Assembly (NCBI GenBank): GCA_052033375.1
Contig: JBPOJQ010000014.1
Location: forward strand, 342-64,341
Length of the DNA stretch: 64,000 bases
From: Candidatus Magasanikiibacteriota bacterium
GTDB lineage: Bacteria > Patescibacteriota > Patescibacteriia > Magasanikbacterales > UBA922
Direction: 5' to 3'
Below are positions 38,466-48,245 of this stretch, in pieces. Position numbers and translations under genes: made by a program. How positions within the stretch are numbered: the first letter of the stretch is position 1; each line of letters opens with the position of its first letter. The notes beneath the pieces were generated by a model, which was not told the DNA's origin, did no database searches, and was given only the letters and a program-made list of their open reading frames with translations.

Positions 38466-39770
38466 CTAATCATGTTTGTGTTCTGGTCTTCCAGTCAATA
38501 CTTTTTCTCTGAGGAAATTGATTACTTTTCGATTTACTAGATAGATGCGTACAGAATCTTGCACCTCTGCTTTATTAAGATTTTCCAAATATTCTGGATG
38601 GTCTTTGTATTCTTTTTTCATTTTTTCGATTTCATTTTTTAGCTCCTCATCACTAACTATGATTTTTTCTTCCCGCGCAATTTGTCTTGACACAAGTGCT
38701 GCTTTTGCACGTTTTGTCGCGGTCTCTGTAAAATCCTTCTGAATATCTTCCTCACTTTTTTTCAAATCAGAGAGGTATTGGTCAATCGTAATTCCATTTT
38801 TTTCTAGATCACGTTTCAATTCATAGAACATTTTTTTTCGTTCAGCATCGATCAACACTTCAGGAATTTCTTCGAATTTTGATTTGTCGATCAGGGCATC
38901 AAACATTTCAATCTCAGCCACTTCATCAGCCTTGTGAAGCGCTTCATGCTCCATATTATTCTGCAATAATTCGCGGAGTTTGATCACACTTTCTTGTCCT
39001 ACTTTTTTTGCAAACTCATCATTCACTTCTGGGAACACACGGGTATACACTTCTTTTACTTTGATTTTGAAATGGCCAGTGTTTCCCGCAAGCATTTTGT
39101 TGTAATAATCTTTTGGAAACGGAATATCAAATTCTTTTTCTTCATCTTTTGAGACACCTATAAGCGCATCATTGAATCCGGGAATGTGCTGATTTTCTGA
39201 GAGATACACCTGATAGTCTTTTGCCTGTCCACCCTCGATTGGCACTCCGTCAAGAAAGAGGTTCATGTCGATCACTACTTTATCTTCCTTGGTAGCCTTA
39301 CCTTCTTTTATCACTTCTGTTGCCTGCATTTTGGTAAGGTTTTCGATAACTGCGTCAATATCAGTCTCAGTTACTGGTTTTGCTTTATGTTCTACTTTTA
39401 TTTTTTCAAGTTTTGGAAGTGTTACTACCGGAAGAATCGCAACCACAGCTTTATACACCAAATCATTACCCGGGGCAATTTTCTCAATAGCAATCTTCGG
39501 CATCCCAATAGTATCCAACTTTTCTTCTGTTACCGCATTATAAAATGTTTCCTGAAGAATATCTTCGAGCGCTTCATTCATTACATGCATTTCACCGATT
39601 TCTCGCTTTACCATGTCGAATGGAGCATGTCCTTTGCGGAAACCTTTGATGGTGGTTCTATTTGAAATCCTTTCAGCTGCTTTTCGCAAATGTTTTTCAT
39701 ATTCAGCAGATGTGACAGTAATTGTTATCTCGATTTCTGAATTTTTGAGTTTTTTATACGTGTGTTCCAT
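38466..39770 (-). CDS. tig: trigger factor
   Basis: …TTIKGFRKGHAPFDMVKRE… TF signature (GFRxGxxP), PPIase middle domain, C-terminal helical arm; 434 aa. Confidence 0.9.
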   Translation of the reverse strand: MEHTYKKLKNSEIEITITVTSAEYEKHLRKAAERISNRTTIKGFRKGHAPFDMVKREIGEMHVMNEALEDILQETFYNAVTEEKLDTIGMPKIAIEKIAPGNDLVYKAVVAILPVVTLPKLEKIKVEHKAKPVTETDIDAVIENLTKMQATEVIKEGKATKEDKVVIDMNLFLDGVPIEGGQAKDYQVYLSENQHIPGFNDALIGVSKDEEKEFDIPFPKDYYNKMLAGNTGHFKIKVKEVYTRVFPEVNDEFAKKVGQESVIKLRELLQNNMEHEALHKADEVAEIEMFDALIDKSKFEEIPEVLIDAERKKMFYELKRDLEKNGITIDQYLSDLKKSEEDIQKDFTETATKRAKAALVSRQIAREEKIIVSDEELKNEIEKMKKEYKDHPEYLENLNKAEVQDSVRIYLVNRKVINFLREKVLTGRPEHKHD

Positions 39771-39835
39771 ATAACATAAATTATGCTTAACAGTTTGCTG
39801 ATTATAGCGAAAGTTAATGAAATTGTCAAAGGTGC

Positions 39836-39958
39836 TTTTACCCTATAAAAACATTCACCCCCGTATCGTATGACACGGGGGTTCGTCGAGTCCGTCGGGC
39901 CAGAAGCGTTGCGCTCCATGAAGCCAGTCTAGACTTGCCTGAACAGGAGTTCAGGACT
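39836..39958. repeat. ~123-bp repeat copy 1 (two hairpins; 3' flank of GC-rich gene)
   Basis: TTTTACCCTATAAAAACATTCACCCCCGTATCGTATGACACGGGGGTTCGTCGAGTCCGTCGGGCCAGAAGCGTTGCGCTCCATGAAGCC…CCTGAACAGGAGTTCAGGA; 120/123 identical to copy 2. Confidence 0.8.
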
Positions 39959-39967
39959 TGTGCGTAC

Positions 39968-40303
39968 TTACTCAAATTCCTTTATGAGTTTTTCCTTCTC
40001 TACCTCCTTTGTCTTCTTGTTTTGGGTATCGTGCACACTAATCATGACCATGCCGAGAACGGCGATGAAGGACATGGTGATCAAAAAGATCCCCATCACC
40101 TTGTCGTGAGTACGAGGATTCTCGTACCCACAGGTCATGTCGAGACCGACGCACAGCATGATGATGTACATCAGTGCACACCAGAGCATGACGAATTTGT
40201 AAGCTGTGTCTTTGCTCTTTTCTCTTCTCTCTTCCGGGTTCATCCTTCCTCCATGATTCCCTGACTTTCGATTTCCGTGACTACCTATTAGTATGCCAAG
40301 CAT
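39968..40303 (-). CDS. hypothetical small membrane protein on a GC-rich islet
   Basis: 111-aa ORF, C/G-ending codon preference, two TM helices, Lys/Glu-rich tail; stop codon abuts repeat copy 1. Confidence 0.4.
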   Translation of the reverse strand: MLGILIGSHGNRKSGNHGGRMNPEERREKSKDTAYKFVMLWCALMYIIMLCVGLDMTCGYENPRTHDKVMGIFLITMSFIAVLGMVMISVHDTQNKKTKEVEKEKLIKEFE

Positions 40304-40455
40304 TTAGCATACCAGTATGTAGTCACGTTATTGCTCTTTGATTGGAAAGGGCTTACTATGTAACAATACAGTATAGCATGAAAAGAAGATTCTGTCAAGA
40401 TATTTATGCAATAATTTCGCTTAACCTAGCAAAATTTTCTCAATTAAGCCTAGGT

Positions 40456-40578
40456 TTTTACCCTATAAAAACATTCACCCCCGTATCGTATGACACGGGG
40501 GTTCGTCGAGTCCGTCGGGCCAGAAGCGTTGCGCTCCATGAAGCCCGCCTGGACTTGCCTGAACAGGAGTTCAGGATT
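40456..40578. repeat. ~123-bp repeat copy 2
   Basis: Same sequence as 39836-39958 with 3 substitutions; terminal hairpin CCTGAACAGGAGTTCAGG followed by ATTTT. Confidence 0.8.
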
Positions 40579-40891
40579 TTGAGTTGCACTCACGATTCAC
40601 CGCGAGATGATCCTCGAGTTTCTCGTCGATCTGGACAATCTCGTCCTCGGTGAACGGCTCACCACGAGCCATGTCGGCGAAGGAATCATCGTGATGAGCT
40701 CCGCTGTACTCCTCACCAGGCTCGTAGTAGTTACCCTTGTCGGTTGAGCTCTCCGGCTCGACTATATCTTCGTCATCCAACCCCTCATACCATAGACGTT
40801 GCCGCTCGAGTTCATCCGCCTCTTCATCGAGCTCCACCTGTGCATCTCGACTCCACTGTGCGAAATTGCTCTGACGCCGATTCTTTCCCAC
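40571..40891 (-). CDS. hypothetical acidic protein on a GC-rich islet
   Basis: 106 aa, D/E-rich, C/G-ending codons; last ~10 nt of CDS lie inside repeat copy 2. Confidence 0.4.
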   Translation of the reverse strand: MGKNRRQSNFAQWSRDAQVELDEEADELERQRLWYEGLDDEDIVEPESSTDKGNYYEPGEEYSGAHHDDSFADMARGEPFTEDEIVQIDEKLEDHLAVNRECNSKS

Positions 40892-41139
40892 GATTCACCC
40901 CTTTACACGGAATGTCTTATACCTGACCCTGTGCCAAGTTTTTTGACACTCTATGTACTGTGTTTTGACAGCCTTCTTTTTGTATATTTTATCTAAAATA
41001 AGCCAAAAAGAAAGCCAAGAAAGATATTATAAAGGACGATTTTGAACTAGAAAATATACCATATTTAAGCCATTTTGTCAAGGCTTTTATGCTATTTTTA
41101 CCTAAAATTAGCCACACGTACTATATTTTTCTATAAAAA

Positions 41140-41175
41140 CATGAACCTCTGCACCAGTATATACCAGCGCAGAGG
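41140..41175. terminator. bidirectional hairpin terminator
   Basis: CCTCTGC-ACCAGTATATACCAG-CGCAGAGG flanked by ATGTTTTTATAG on one side and CTTTTTCC on the other. Confidence 0.45.
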
Positions 41176-41191
41176 CTTTTTCCTCCTATGT

Positions 41192-41632
41192 CTAATGTGT
41201 GATGATCCTACGGATGGATGCGAGCCACCCTGGCGGCAGCCGCGGAGGCCCCCATCCAGGACGTATGCAGACGAGACTCAGGTCGGTGTAGAGGACGCCG
41301 TTCATCCGATGCCTCGAATCTGCACCTGGAATCTCTGGTGTCACACTGTACAGAGGCCACGTGTAGCCCGTGATACTGATGATCCTCTCGTTCACAGGCG
41401 TGACATCCTCGATATAGATGACATGCCCCCCCACCCGATTGCGTGGATTCCCGTAGACAGTGATCCTCGCCCTCGGGACGAAGTCTGTGGGAACATAGAA
41501 TCCCCAGACATCGAACGAACTGTAGAAAAACCTGTCACAGACACCCATACACACCCCCTTGCAGTACGAATCAGAACACCAGTAACAAAAAATACACCTG
41601 CATATCTGGCTTGTCAAGGATATATCTCTCAT
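41192..41632 (-). CDS. hypothetical protein on a GC-rich islet
   Basis: 146-aa minus-strand ORF; strand preferred over overlapping plus-strand 202-aa ORF because of downstream terminator and beta-rich rather than P/R/D low-complexity translation; Cys-rich N-terminus may be an over-extension. Confidence 0.3.
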   Translation of the reverse strand: MRDISLTSQICRCIFCYWCSDSYCKGVCMGVCDRFFYSSFDVWGFYVPTDFVPRARITVYGNPRNRVGGHVIYIEDVTPVNERIISITGYTWPLYSVTPEIPGADSRHRMNGVLYTDLSLVCIRPGWGPPRLPPGWLASIRRIITH

Positions 41633-41738
41633 ATTTCAGTTCCATTTGGGCATATTGTCGCCACCATTCGGTGCGATATCTAATTTTCAGGTTTCAGGAA
41701 CCACAAAACCTGCTATACTATCTCTACCTAATATTCTT

Positions 41739-44417
41739 ATGCCAAAAACCAATAAAACAGTCGTCATAATAGATGGAAATGCCATCATCCACCGCGCATA
41801 CCATGCCCTCCCCCCGCTCACAGCCCCAGATGGGACCCTCGTGAATGCTGTTTATGGATTTGCGTCTATGCTCCTCAAAGTCATGGCAGATCTGAAGCCT
41901 GACTATCTGGTAACTACGTTTGACGTCGCTGGTGGAACATTTCGTGATGAAATCTATACTGAATACAAAGCAACACGTGTCAAAGCTGAGCAATCACTCT
42001 ATGATCAAATTCCGCTAGTTCATGAACTGGTTAAAGGTTTTAATGTTCCAATTTATACGAAGGCAGGATTTGAGGCTGATGATCTTATTGGCACGGTCGC
42101 AAAAAAAATTACAGCAGACCATAAAGATATCACCTGTATTGTGGTGACAGGTGATAAAGACTTATTGCAACTTGTCGATGATAATAAAATCGAAGTATAT
42201 CTTCTCAAAAAAGGAATGTCCGAGTTTGAGTTGTTTAACGAAGCACATGTACAGGAAAAATTCGGATTCTCGCCAATTCAAATGATTGATTACAAATCTC
42301 TTCGCGGAGATACTTCTGATAATATTCCCGGAGTAAAAGGTATCGGAGAAAAAACCGCAACAGAACTCATCACACATTTCGGATCACTCGAAAAAATTTA
42401 TACTGCGCTCAAAAAAGAAGATACAAAAATATCTGCAAGTGTGCAAAAAAAATTAACCGAAGGATACGAGTCGGCATTGATGAGCAAAAAACTTGCAACG
42501 ATTGATACCAATGTTCCAGACATCGAATATTCACTTACTGAAATGCACACAACCTCATACAAACGAGAGGATGTGATTGAGTTGTTCAAAAAATTTGGTT
42601 TTTATTCTCTGGTAAAGCGCCTGTCGGGCGGAGAATCTGTTGTGGAAGAAAAAAAATTCAAGAAAAAAGAAAAAAAACTGAAGGTTGGTGATGTTACCCT
42701 AGTCGACACCAAAAATATTTCTGAACTTAACGCACTTTTAAAAAAATACAAAATCTGTGCATGCAGACCATTGTTCCAAAATGAATCTGGAAACGTACTC
42801 ACGTCTCCATGTACAGGTATCGTATGCGTGGTTGGCGGGGATGCATGGCAAATTCCTTTTTCTCTATTTCCAAAAATTCAGTTTAATACCAAAGATATTA
42901 CCATTGTCGGGCATGATGTGAAACAATTCGTAAAACTGTACATGCACGAAGGAATAGAGTTCAAAGCAAAACTTTTTGATGTCATGATTGCATCATATCT
43001 TCTCAACTCAAGTACACGAGCACACGACATGGAATCAATTGCGATTCGTGAATTAGGAATTGAACTTCCTAATACGGATCAATCCTCACTATTTGGAATT
43101 GACCCGAAGCTTGTCGCAACTGAACTTTCAGCAATGCTCCAGGTACAAGAAAAATATGATACAGCACTCTCCAGTGAAGCAGACAAAGGATTATTTGAGG
43201 ATGTAGAGATGGCCCTTATTCCTGTCTTGGCACACATGGAGCTTGCTGGGGTTGCAATTGATCTTCCTCTCTTGGGACAGTTATCAGAAAAAATCGCAAA
43301 GACAATCAAAGAGCTTGAACAGAAAATCTGGAAAGAAGCTGGAAAAGAATTCAATGTGGCATCTTCAACACAACTTCGTGATATTTTATTTGAGACATTG
43401 CAGTTACCAACCGACATGATCAAAAAAGGTAAGACCGGTTATTCTACTGCCGCAAGTGAACTCGAAAAATTACGAGAAATACACCCAGTTATACCTTTTA
43501 TTGAAGAATATCGTGAAGTTGAAAAACTGCGAAATACCTATATTGATGTATTACCAACACTTATCAATCCAAAAACTGGACGCATTCACACAACCTTCAA
43601 TCAAGCAATCGCTGCGACAGGCCGTCTTTCAAGTATTGACCCGAATTTACAAAATATTCCAATTAGAACTGAATTGGGGAAAGATGTACGCAAAGCATTT
43701 ATTGCAGACAAGGGAAACAAACTAATTTCAGCTGATTATTCCCAGATTGAACTCCGTATCGTGGCTTCTCTTGCGAATGATCTGAAAATGATTGAAATAT
43801 TTAAAAAGGGCGAGGATATTCATACGGCGACAGCTGCAGCAATTCACAATATTCCACTCGATAAAGTCACCAAGGACATTCGGAGATCAGCAAAAGAAGT
43901 AAATTTTGGTGTTCTTTATGGGATGGGTGCCTTTGGACTTGCTTCTCGAACCGGCATAACTCAATTTGAAGCAAAGGACTTTATTAAAAAATATTTTGAA
44001 ACGTTTTCTGGTGTAAAAGCATACCTAGATAATACACTTGAAGAAGCAAAAAAAACTGGATATGTAGAAACATTATTTGGTCGCAAACGGTATGTGCCAG
44101 AATTACAATCACCAAATAGACAAATCCAGGCAGCCGGAGAACGTATGGCAATCAATATGCCAATACAAGGAACCGCAGCTGATCTTATGAAAATGGCAAT
44201 GATCGCGGTATACCACGCACTTAAAAAAGAAAAATTACTTGATACACATGCTCGAATGACGCTTCAAATACATGATGAACTCGTCCTTGAGGTTGAGGAA
44301 ACATACGCTAAAACGGTTGCAGAGATTGTACAAGCAGAAATGCAAAATGTTGCAAAATTACGTGTACCGATTGACGTGGGTGTTGAAATTGGGGATCGAT
44401 GGGGAGAGATGAAATAG
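41739..44417 (+). CDS. polA: DNA polymerase I
   Basis: 5'-3' exonuclease domain (VVIIDGNAIIHRAYHALP…), polymerase motifs A (…LISADYSQIELRI…), B (RRSAKEVNFGVLYGMGAFGL) and C (…QIHDELVLEV…); ORF track start 41646, ATG at 41739 gives the conserved N-terminus. Confidence 0.9.
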   Translation: MPKTNKTVVIIDGNAIIHRAYHALPPLTAPDGTLVNAVYGFASMLLKVMADLKPDYLVTTFDVAGGTFRDEIYTEYKATRVKAEQSLYDQIPLVHELVKGFNVPIYTKAGFEADDLIGTVAKKITADHKDITCIVVTGDKDLLQLVDDNKIEVYLLKKGMSEFELFNEAHVQEKFGFSPIQMIDYKSLRGDTSDNIPGVKGIGEKTATELITHFGSLEKIYTALKKEDTKISASVQKKLTEGYESALMSKKLATIDTNVPDIEYSLTEMHTTSYKREDVIELFKKFGFYSLVKRLSGGESVVEEKKFKKKEKKLKVGDVTLVDTKNISELNALLKKYKICACRPLFQNESGNVLTSPCTGIVCVVGGDAWQIPFSLFPKIQFNTKDITIVGHDVKQFVKLYMHEGIEFKAKLFDVMIASYLLNSSTRAHDMESIAIRELGIELPNTDQSSLFGIDPKLVATELSAMLQVQEKYDTALSSEADKGLFEDVEMALIPVLAHMELAGVAIDLPLLGQLSEKIAKTIKELEQKIWKEAGKEFNVASSTQLRDILFETLQLPTDMIKKGKTGYSTAASELEKLREIHPVIPFIEEYREVEKLRNTYIDVLPTLINPKTGRIHTTFNQAIAATGRLSSIDPNLQNIPIRTELGKDVRKAFIADKGNKLISADYSQIELRIVASLANDLKMIEIFKKGEDIHTATAAAIHNIPLDKVTKDIRRSAKEVNFGVLYGMGAFGLASRTGITQFEAKDFIKKYFETFSGVKAYLDNTLEEAKKTGYVETLFGRKRYVPELQSPNRQIQAAGERMAINMPIQGTAADLMKMAMIAVYHALKKEKLLDTHARMTLQIHDELVLEVEETYAKTVAEIVQAEMQNVAKLRVPIDVGVEIGDRWGEMK

Positions 44418-44546
44418 AGTCGAAAGTTACAAGAGAATTCTGTATTTTGACTTTATAAACTTTACGACTTTACAGGTTTTCGATTTAAATGAAACAGCCA
44501 GGGTACATGAAAGCGTTTGACGCCGTCAGTGTCCCTGGCAATTGAT

Positions 44547-44990
44547 TCAGGCCTCCGATCGATACTTCCGGAAAATATTGACGAAGTACTTCTCCGCCGA
44601 CATTCCCCGTAGTTCGACCACCCGAACCCCGAGTGTCTTTGCTTCGCGCTTCTCCTTTTCCCGAAATTCGGGATCGAGCCCCTCGAAGCTGGTCACGACC
44701 GTAACCTTTTTCCCACGACCATTGAGGTCTTTGAGGATCCGGCGAACCAGAAGCCATGATTGCTCTCGCGTCGCGCATGCCTGCTCCACGTCTCCGACGT
44801 AGACATACACCGCATCAGCTCGGGCAAGCTCGTGACGATTGAAGTTCCTGTAGATGAGCTGGGGATCGTCCCACTCACCAGGTTTTCTCTCGTACGAATG
44901 CACCACGAGCGTATCGTTGTGACGTGTGTATTGCTTGTGTCCTGCCGGCACTTCCGGCACGACTCCGAATGTCACAATCATCTCGAACAC
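44547..44990 (-). CDS. hypothetical protein on a GC-rich islet (Rossmann-like alternating strand/helix pattern)
   Basis: 147-aa ORF, GC-rich codons; …ADAVYVYVGDV… and …KKVTVVTSFEG… strands; AGGA-like RBS before second Met; hairpin GCCAGGG…CCCTGGC downstream. Confidence 0.45.
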   Translation of the reverse strand: MFEMIVTFGVVPEVPAGHKQYTRHNDTLVVHSYERKPGEWDDPQLIYRNFNRHELARADAVYVYVGDVEQACATREQSWLLVRRILKDLNGRGKKVTVVTSFEGLDPEFREKEKREAKTLGVRVVELRGMSAEKYFVNIFRKYRSEA

Positions 44991-45140
44991 ATATCCTCGT
45001 TTCTCACGTATGCGTCAGGAAAGCACATGCTCGTTGGAACAATAGTCCACCGAACTTTTGTTCCTTATCCTGTGGCAGACGCAAGTCTATGTCCACTCCT
45101 CCTTTACCAGTGGACTGTAATTTGACTATACCAAAAAAAG

Positions 45141-45168
45141 AAAAACTATACGAATACGTATAGTTTTT
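45141..45168 (-). terminator. rho-independent terminator after NDH-2-like gene
   Basis: AAAACTATACG-AAT-ACGTATAGTTTT perfect hairpin with flanking A/T runs. Confidence 0.6.
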
Positions 45169-45206
45169 TCCTGTAGTAGATGACACGTATGTGCAATACA
45201 ACCCCC

Positions 45207-46499
45207 TCATTTCTTCTCAATATAAATAAAATGTCCGAATCCAAAACTATGCATAGTCCAGTCAAACACAATCCGAAGTTTTCTGAGAATTCCTGGCATA
45301 TACATCACATATACTGTGCGCCTAATCCACCAGGCAACCCACCCATACACAGTAAGTGTTCCAAATATTGCCACTCCATACCAATCACCCACCGGCATTA
45401 GTTGACCTTTTGATGTAAAGGCAAAAGGTCGCATAGTTTTTTTCCCGGCAAGTCTACGTGCAATATCTTTTCCTACAAACTGCCCTGCCTTGTGTGCAAC
45501 TTCAGCGAGTTGTGGGCATGGACGACCCGTGACACCATCGTTCGTATAAGCAATATCCCCAATCGCATAACAAGATTCATCACCCTGAATTCTCAAATAT
45601 TGATCCACTACCATTCGTCCTTTTTCACATTTTTTTTCATCAATATAACACGCACCCGTATTCGCAAACCCCGCTGCCCACACCGTAATATCACTCTTTA
45701 ATTCTGTTCCTGTATTGAGGATTACTGAATTAGGAGTTACCCGAGCAACAGAATTATTGAATACGAATTCAACCCCTTGTTTTTCCAGACGTTTTTTTAC
45801 TCGCTTCTGCACTTCTGATTTCATAGACGACAGAATCGAAGCACTCGGGTCAATTACTCGCACGGTTATTTTTTTATCTGGGTATAATTTTTTCAAATCC
45901 CCATTTTTCAATGTACCATACTGCCCCGCAATCTCCACACCCACATATCCTCCTCCGACAATGGTAATAATAAATTCCTCTGATTCACTATTTTCAAGTT
46001 TTTCAATCAGACTATATTTCAAAAATAATGCTTCCTGTAAATTTCTTACATGGTGTGTGTATTCACCAGCGCCCGGCACGCCATACAAATTTACCGTGCT
46101 GCCCAGTGCTATCACGCAATAAGCATATGAAATCACCGCTGATGAAGTGCGTACTTCTTTTTTTTCATAGTCTATTTTTTCTACCTGTGCTTTTACAAAA
46201 GTATGTGGTGTACCGTGTATCAGCTCACGAAGTGGGATTGAGGCGTGTGTCGATTCTACCGACCCAGTCGCGACTTCATGTAGCAATGGAATAAAGGTAA
46301 AATAATTATTTTCATCAACAATCGTAATATGCGCCGGCACTCCTGCACGTCTTATTTCACGACTCAATGTTCGGAATGCTTCATATCCACCAATTCCTGC
46401 TCCCAGAATTACGATGTCTGTTTTGATTTTTTTCATCATACTAATAAAAGACGTGTGATATTTAAAAGTGCAGATAGTATAGCAGTCCGTCCGAATCAT
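45207..46499 (-). CDS. NAD(P)/FAD-dependent oxidoreductase, type II NADH dehydrogenase (NDH-2)-like
   Basis: …KTDIVILGAGIGGYEAF… first dinucleotide fold, …TIVGGGYVGVEIAG… second fold, …VWAAGF… and C-terminal amphipathic membrane anchor; probable start at MMKKIK (46439). Confidence 0.7.
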   Translation of the reverse strand: MIRTDCYTICTFKYHTSFISMMKKIKTDIVILGAGIGGYEAFRTLSREIRRAGVPAHITIVDENNYFTFIPLLHEVATGSVESTHASIPLRELIHGTPHTFVKAQVEKIDYEKKEVRTSSAVISYAYCVIALGSTVNLYGVPGAGEYTHHVRNLQEALFLKYSLIEKLENSESEEFIITIVGGGYVGVEIAGQYGTLKNGDLKKLYPDKKITVRVIDPSASILSSMKSEVQKRVKKRLEKQGVEFVFNNSVARVTPNSVILNTGTELKSDITVWAAGFANTGACYIDEKKCEKGRMVVDQYLRIQGDESCYAIGDIAYTNDGVTGRPCPQLAEVAHKAGQFVGKDIARRLAGKKTMRPFAFTSKGQLMPVGDWYGVAIFGTLTVYGWVAWWIRRTVYVMYMPGILRKLRIVFDWTMHSFGFGHFIYIEKK

Positions 46500-46522
46500 T
46501 GCCTAGAGCATCGTCATTTAGA

Positions 46523-46556
46523 TACAAAATTCGCCCATCTTTGGGCGAATTTTGTA
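46523..46556 (-). terminator. rho-independent terminator after DoxX gene
   Basis: AAAATTCGCCCA-TCTT-TGGGCGAATTTT perfect 12-bp stem with T-run. Confidence 0.55.
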
Positions 46557-46565
46557 TTATACATT

Positions 46566-47135
46566 TTATACCTTAGTTTTTTTATCCGTATGTCCAGACT
46601 CACACTCACATTTATCCCCACAACACCCACGATCGGTATGTTCTTCTACACAGCCATCACTGCCACATGCGTCCTGACGACAGCACGCAGAATCAGCTGA
46701 CCCACGCCCCATTAATGCCCATGCACCCGCCCCAGTTGTATAGAGCGCCACCAGTGCACCTAATAATACGATTGGTAATTCAGTGGCACCACCATATGGC
46801 ATTTTAGTGTGCACAGTGACAAGTGCTACAATCATTGTTATTCCGAGTAACGCAGTTACCACACGATTGAACAGTCCTAATATGAGCGCTATACCTCCAC
46901 CAAATTCTACTACTGCGACCACCCATGCCCAAAAGGTAGGTAGTGGCAAACCAATTCCTTGCATCATTCCCACAGTGCCTTCCATTCCATTTAATTTCAT
47001 CCACCCGTGGTAGATAAACACAATACCCACTGCAAGACGAAGTGCGAGCAAGCCCCAATGTTTCTTTTTTGACTGATTATCCATGCACATATGTGATACA
47101 TTAAAAAATAAAGGTGAACACCAATCAGTGTACAC
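46566..47135 (-). CDS. DoxX-family membrane protein with Cys/His-rich C-terminal tail
   Basis: …WGLLALRLAVGIVFIYHGWMKL… DoxX signature, 4 TM helices; last ~45 aa contain 10 Cys plus His (CCRQDACGSDGCVEEHTDRGCCGDKCECESGHTD). Confidence 0.7.
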   Translation of the reverse strand: MYTDWCSPLFFNVSHMCMDNQSKKKHWGLLALRLAVGIVFIYHGWMKLNGMEGTVGMMQGIGLPLPTFWAWVVAVVEFGGGIALILGLFNRVVTALLGITMIVALVTVHTKMPYGGATELPIVLLGALVALYTTGAGAWALMGRGSADSACCRQDACGSDGCVEEHTDRGCCGDKCECESGHTDKKTKV

Positions 47136-47258
47136 TATTTTTCCCTTCTATTCAAGAGATTGAGTAATCAAAAAAAAACAGGTACAATGGACGCACCAAT
47201 TGCGAATTAAAGATATCCGTAATGTTCGATTTTCATAATTCGCGTATAACCAATATAT

Positions 47259-48245
47259 ATGTTGATTTTTCTCTACGGTACTGATACATTCCGAAGCCGT
47301 GAATCACTCCACAAAATGATCCGCAAGTTTACAGCCGAACGCGATCCTTCAGGCTATAATGTAGTCCGCCTTGATGCACTTACCGAAAAACCAACCACAA
47401 TACTCACTGAACTTCATGGTTCCCCATTCTTAGCTGAAAAACGAATGGTGGTAATCCAATATGCACTTGAATCAAAACATGCAGTATTGCATGAAAAACT
47501 TGAAACTATTCTTGAAGACGAGCACTCAATTCCCTCTACCACCATTTGTGTTGTGTACGAAAAAAATGACACATTCAAAACAAAAATTCAGAAGGAGTTG
47601 CTCAAAAAATTGGCATCCACTGCGTATGCCCAGCACTTTGAAACACTCGAAGGAGCACAGCTAGCCCGATGGATTGCTGAGTATGCAAAAGAAAAAAAAC
47701 TTGTACTCGAAAAAAGGGCTCTTGATTTTATCACAACACACTCACGAGGCAACAGTTGGTTCATTCATTCTCTCGTTGACCAACTCGCTGCATATTGCAA
47801 CGCCACAACATGCACGATTGAGACAGTACAGCTCTTTCTCAATGAAAGTGCAGATGATAATATCTTCAACCTCATTGATGCGATCGTGGCAAAAAAACCA
47901 CAAAAAATATACGCAATGATACGGGAACAATATGATCGCGGAGAAGATGCTCAATATATTTTTTCTATGCTTATACGGCAATTCCGCATCATGCTTCAAA
48001 TCAAAGACGCACTGGTCCGGACACAAAATCCTGCGCTGCGCCCTTCGCCAGACATACTTGCAAAAACCATAGGAATTCATCCATTTGTGGTAAAAAAAAC
48101 CATTCCACTTCTCGCTACATACACACTAGAACAACTAAAAACTTTGTACAATGAACTTCTCTCTATCGACATCAAAACAAAAACCGGCAAGGGTTCTATG
48201 CCGACTTTGATTGATTTGTTGGTTGGAAAAATTTGCGTGAAATAA
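47259..48245 (+). CDS. holA: DNA polymerase III delta subunit
   Basis: MLIFLYGTDTFRSRE… typical HolA N-terminus, 328 aa, three-domain clamp-loader subunit pattern. Confidence 0.75.
   Translation: MLIFLYGTDTFRSRESLHKMIRKFTAERDPSGYNVVRLDALTEKPTTILTELHGSPFLAEKRMVVIQYALESKHAVLHEKLETILEDEHSIPSTTICVVYEKNDTFKTKIQKELLKKLASTAYAQHFETLEGAQLARWIAEYAKEKKLVLEKRALDFITTHSRGNSWFIHSLVDQLAAYCNATTCTIETVQLFLNESADDNIFNLIDAIVAKKPQKIYAMIREQYDRGEDAQYIFSMLIRQFRIMLQIKDALVRTQNPALRPSPDILAKTIGIHPFVVKKTIPLLATYTLEQLKTLYNELLSIDIKTKTGKGSMPTLIDLLVGKICVK

Noticed and set aside
39836-40580. The 123-bp direct repeats and the repeated pilin cores as a CRISPR array
   Set aside because: Only two widely spaced copies, about 620 bp apart, and no short regular spacers. 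The pilin repeats are protein-coding paralogs.
41075-41683. Plus-strand 202-aa ORF overlapping the GC-rich islet before polA
   Set aside because: The translation is P/R/D-rich low complexity. The minus-strand ORF gives a more protein-like sequence and has a downstream terminator. Still uncertain.
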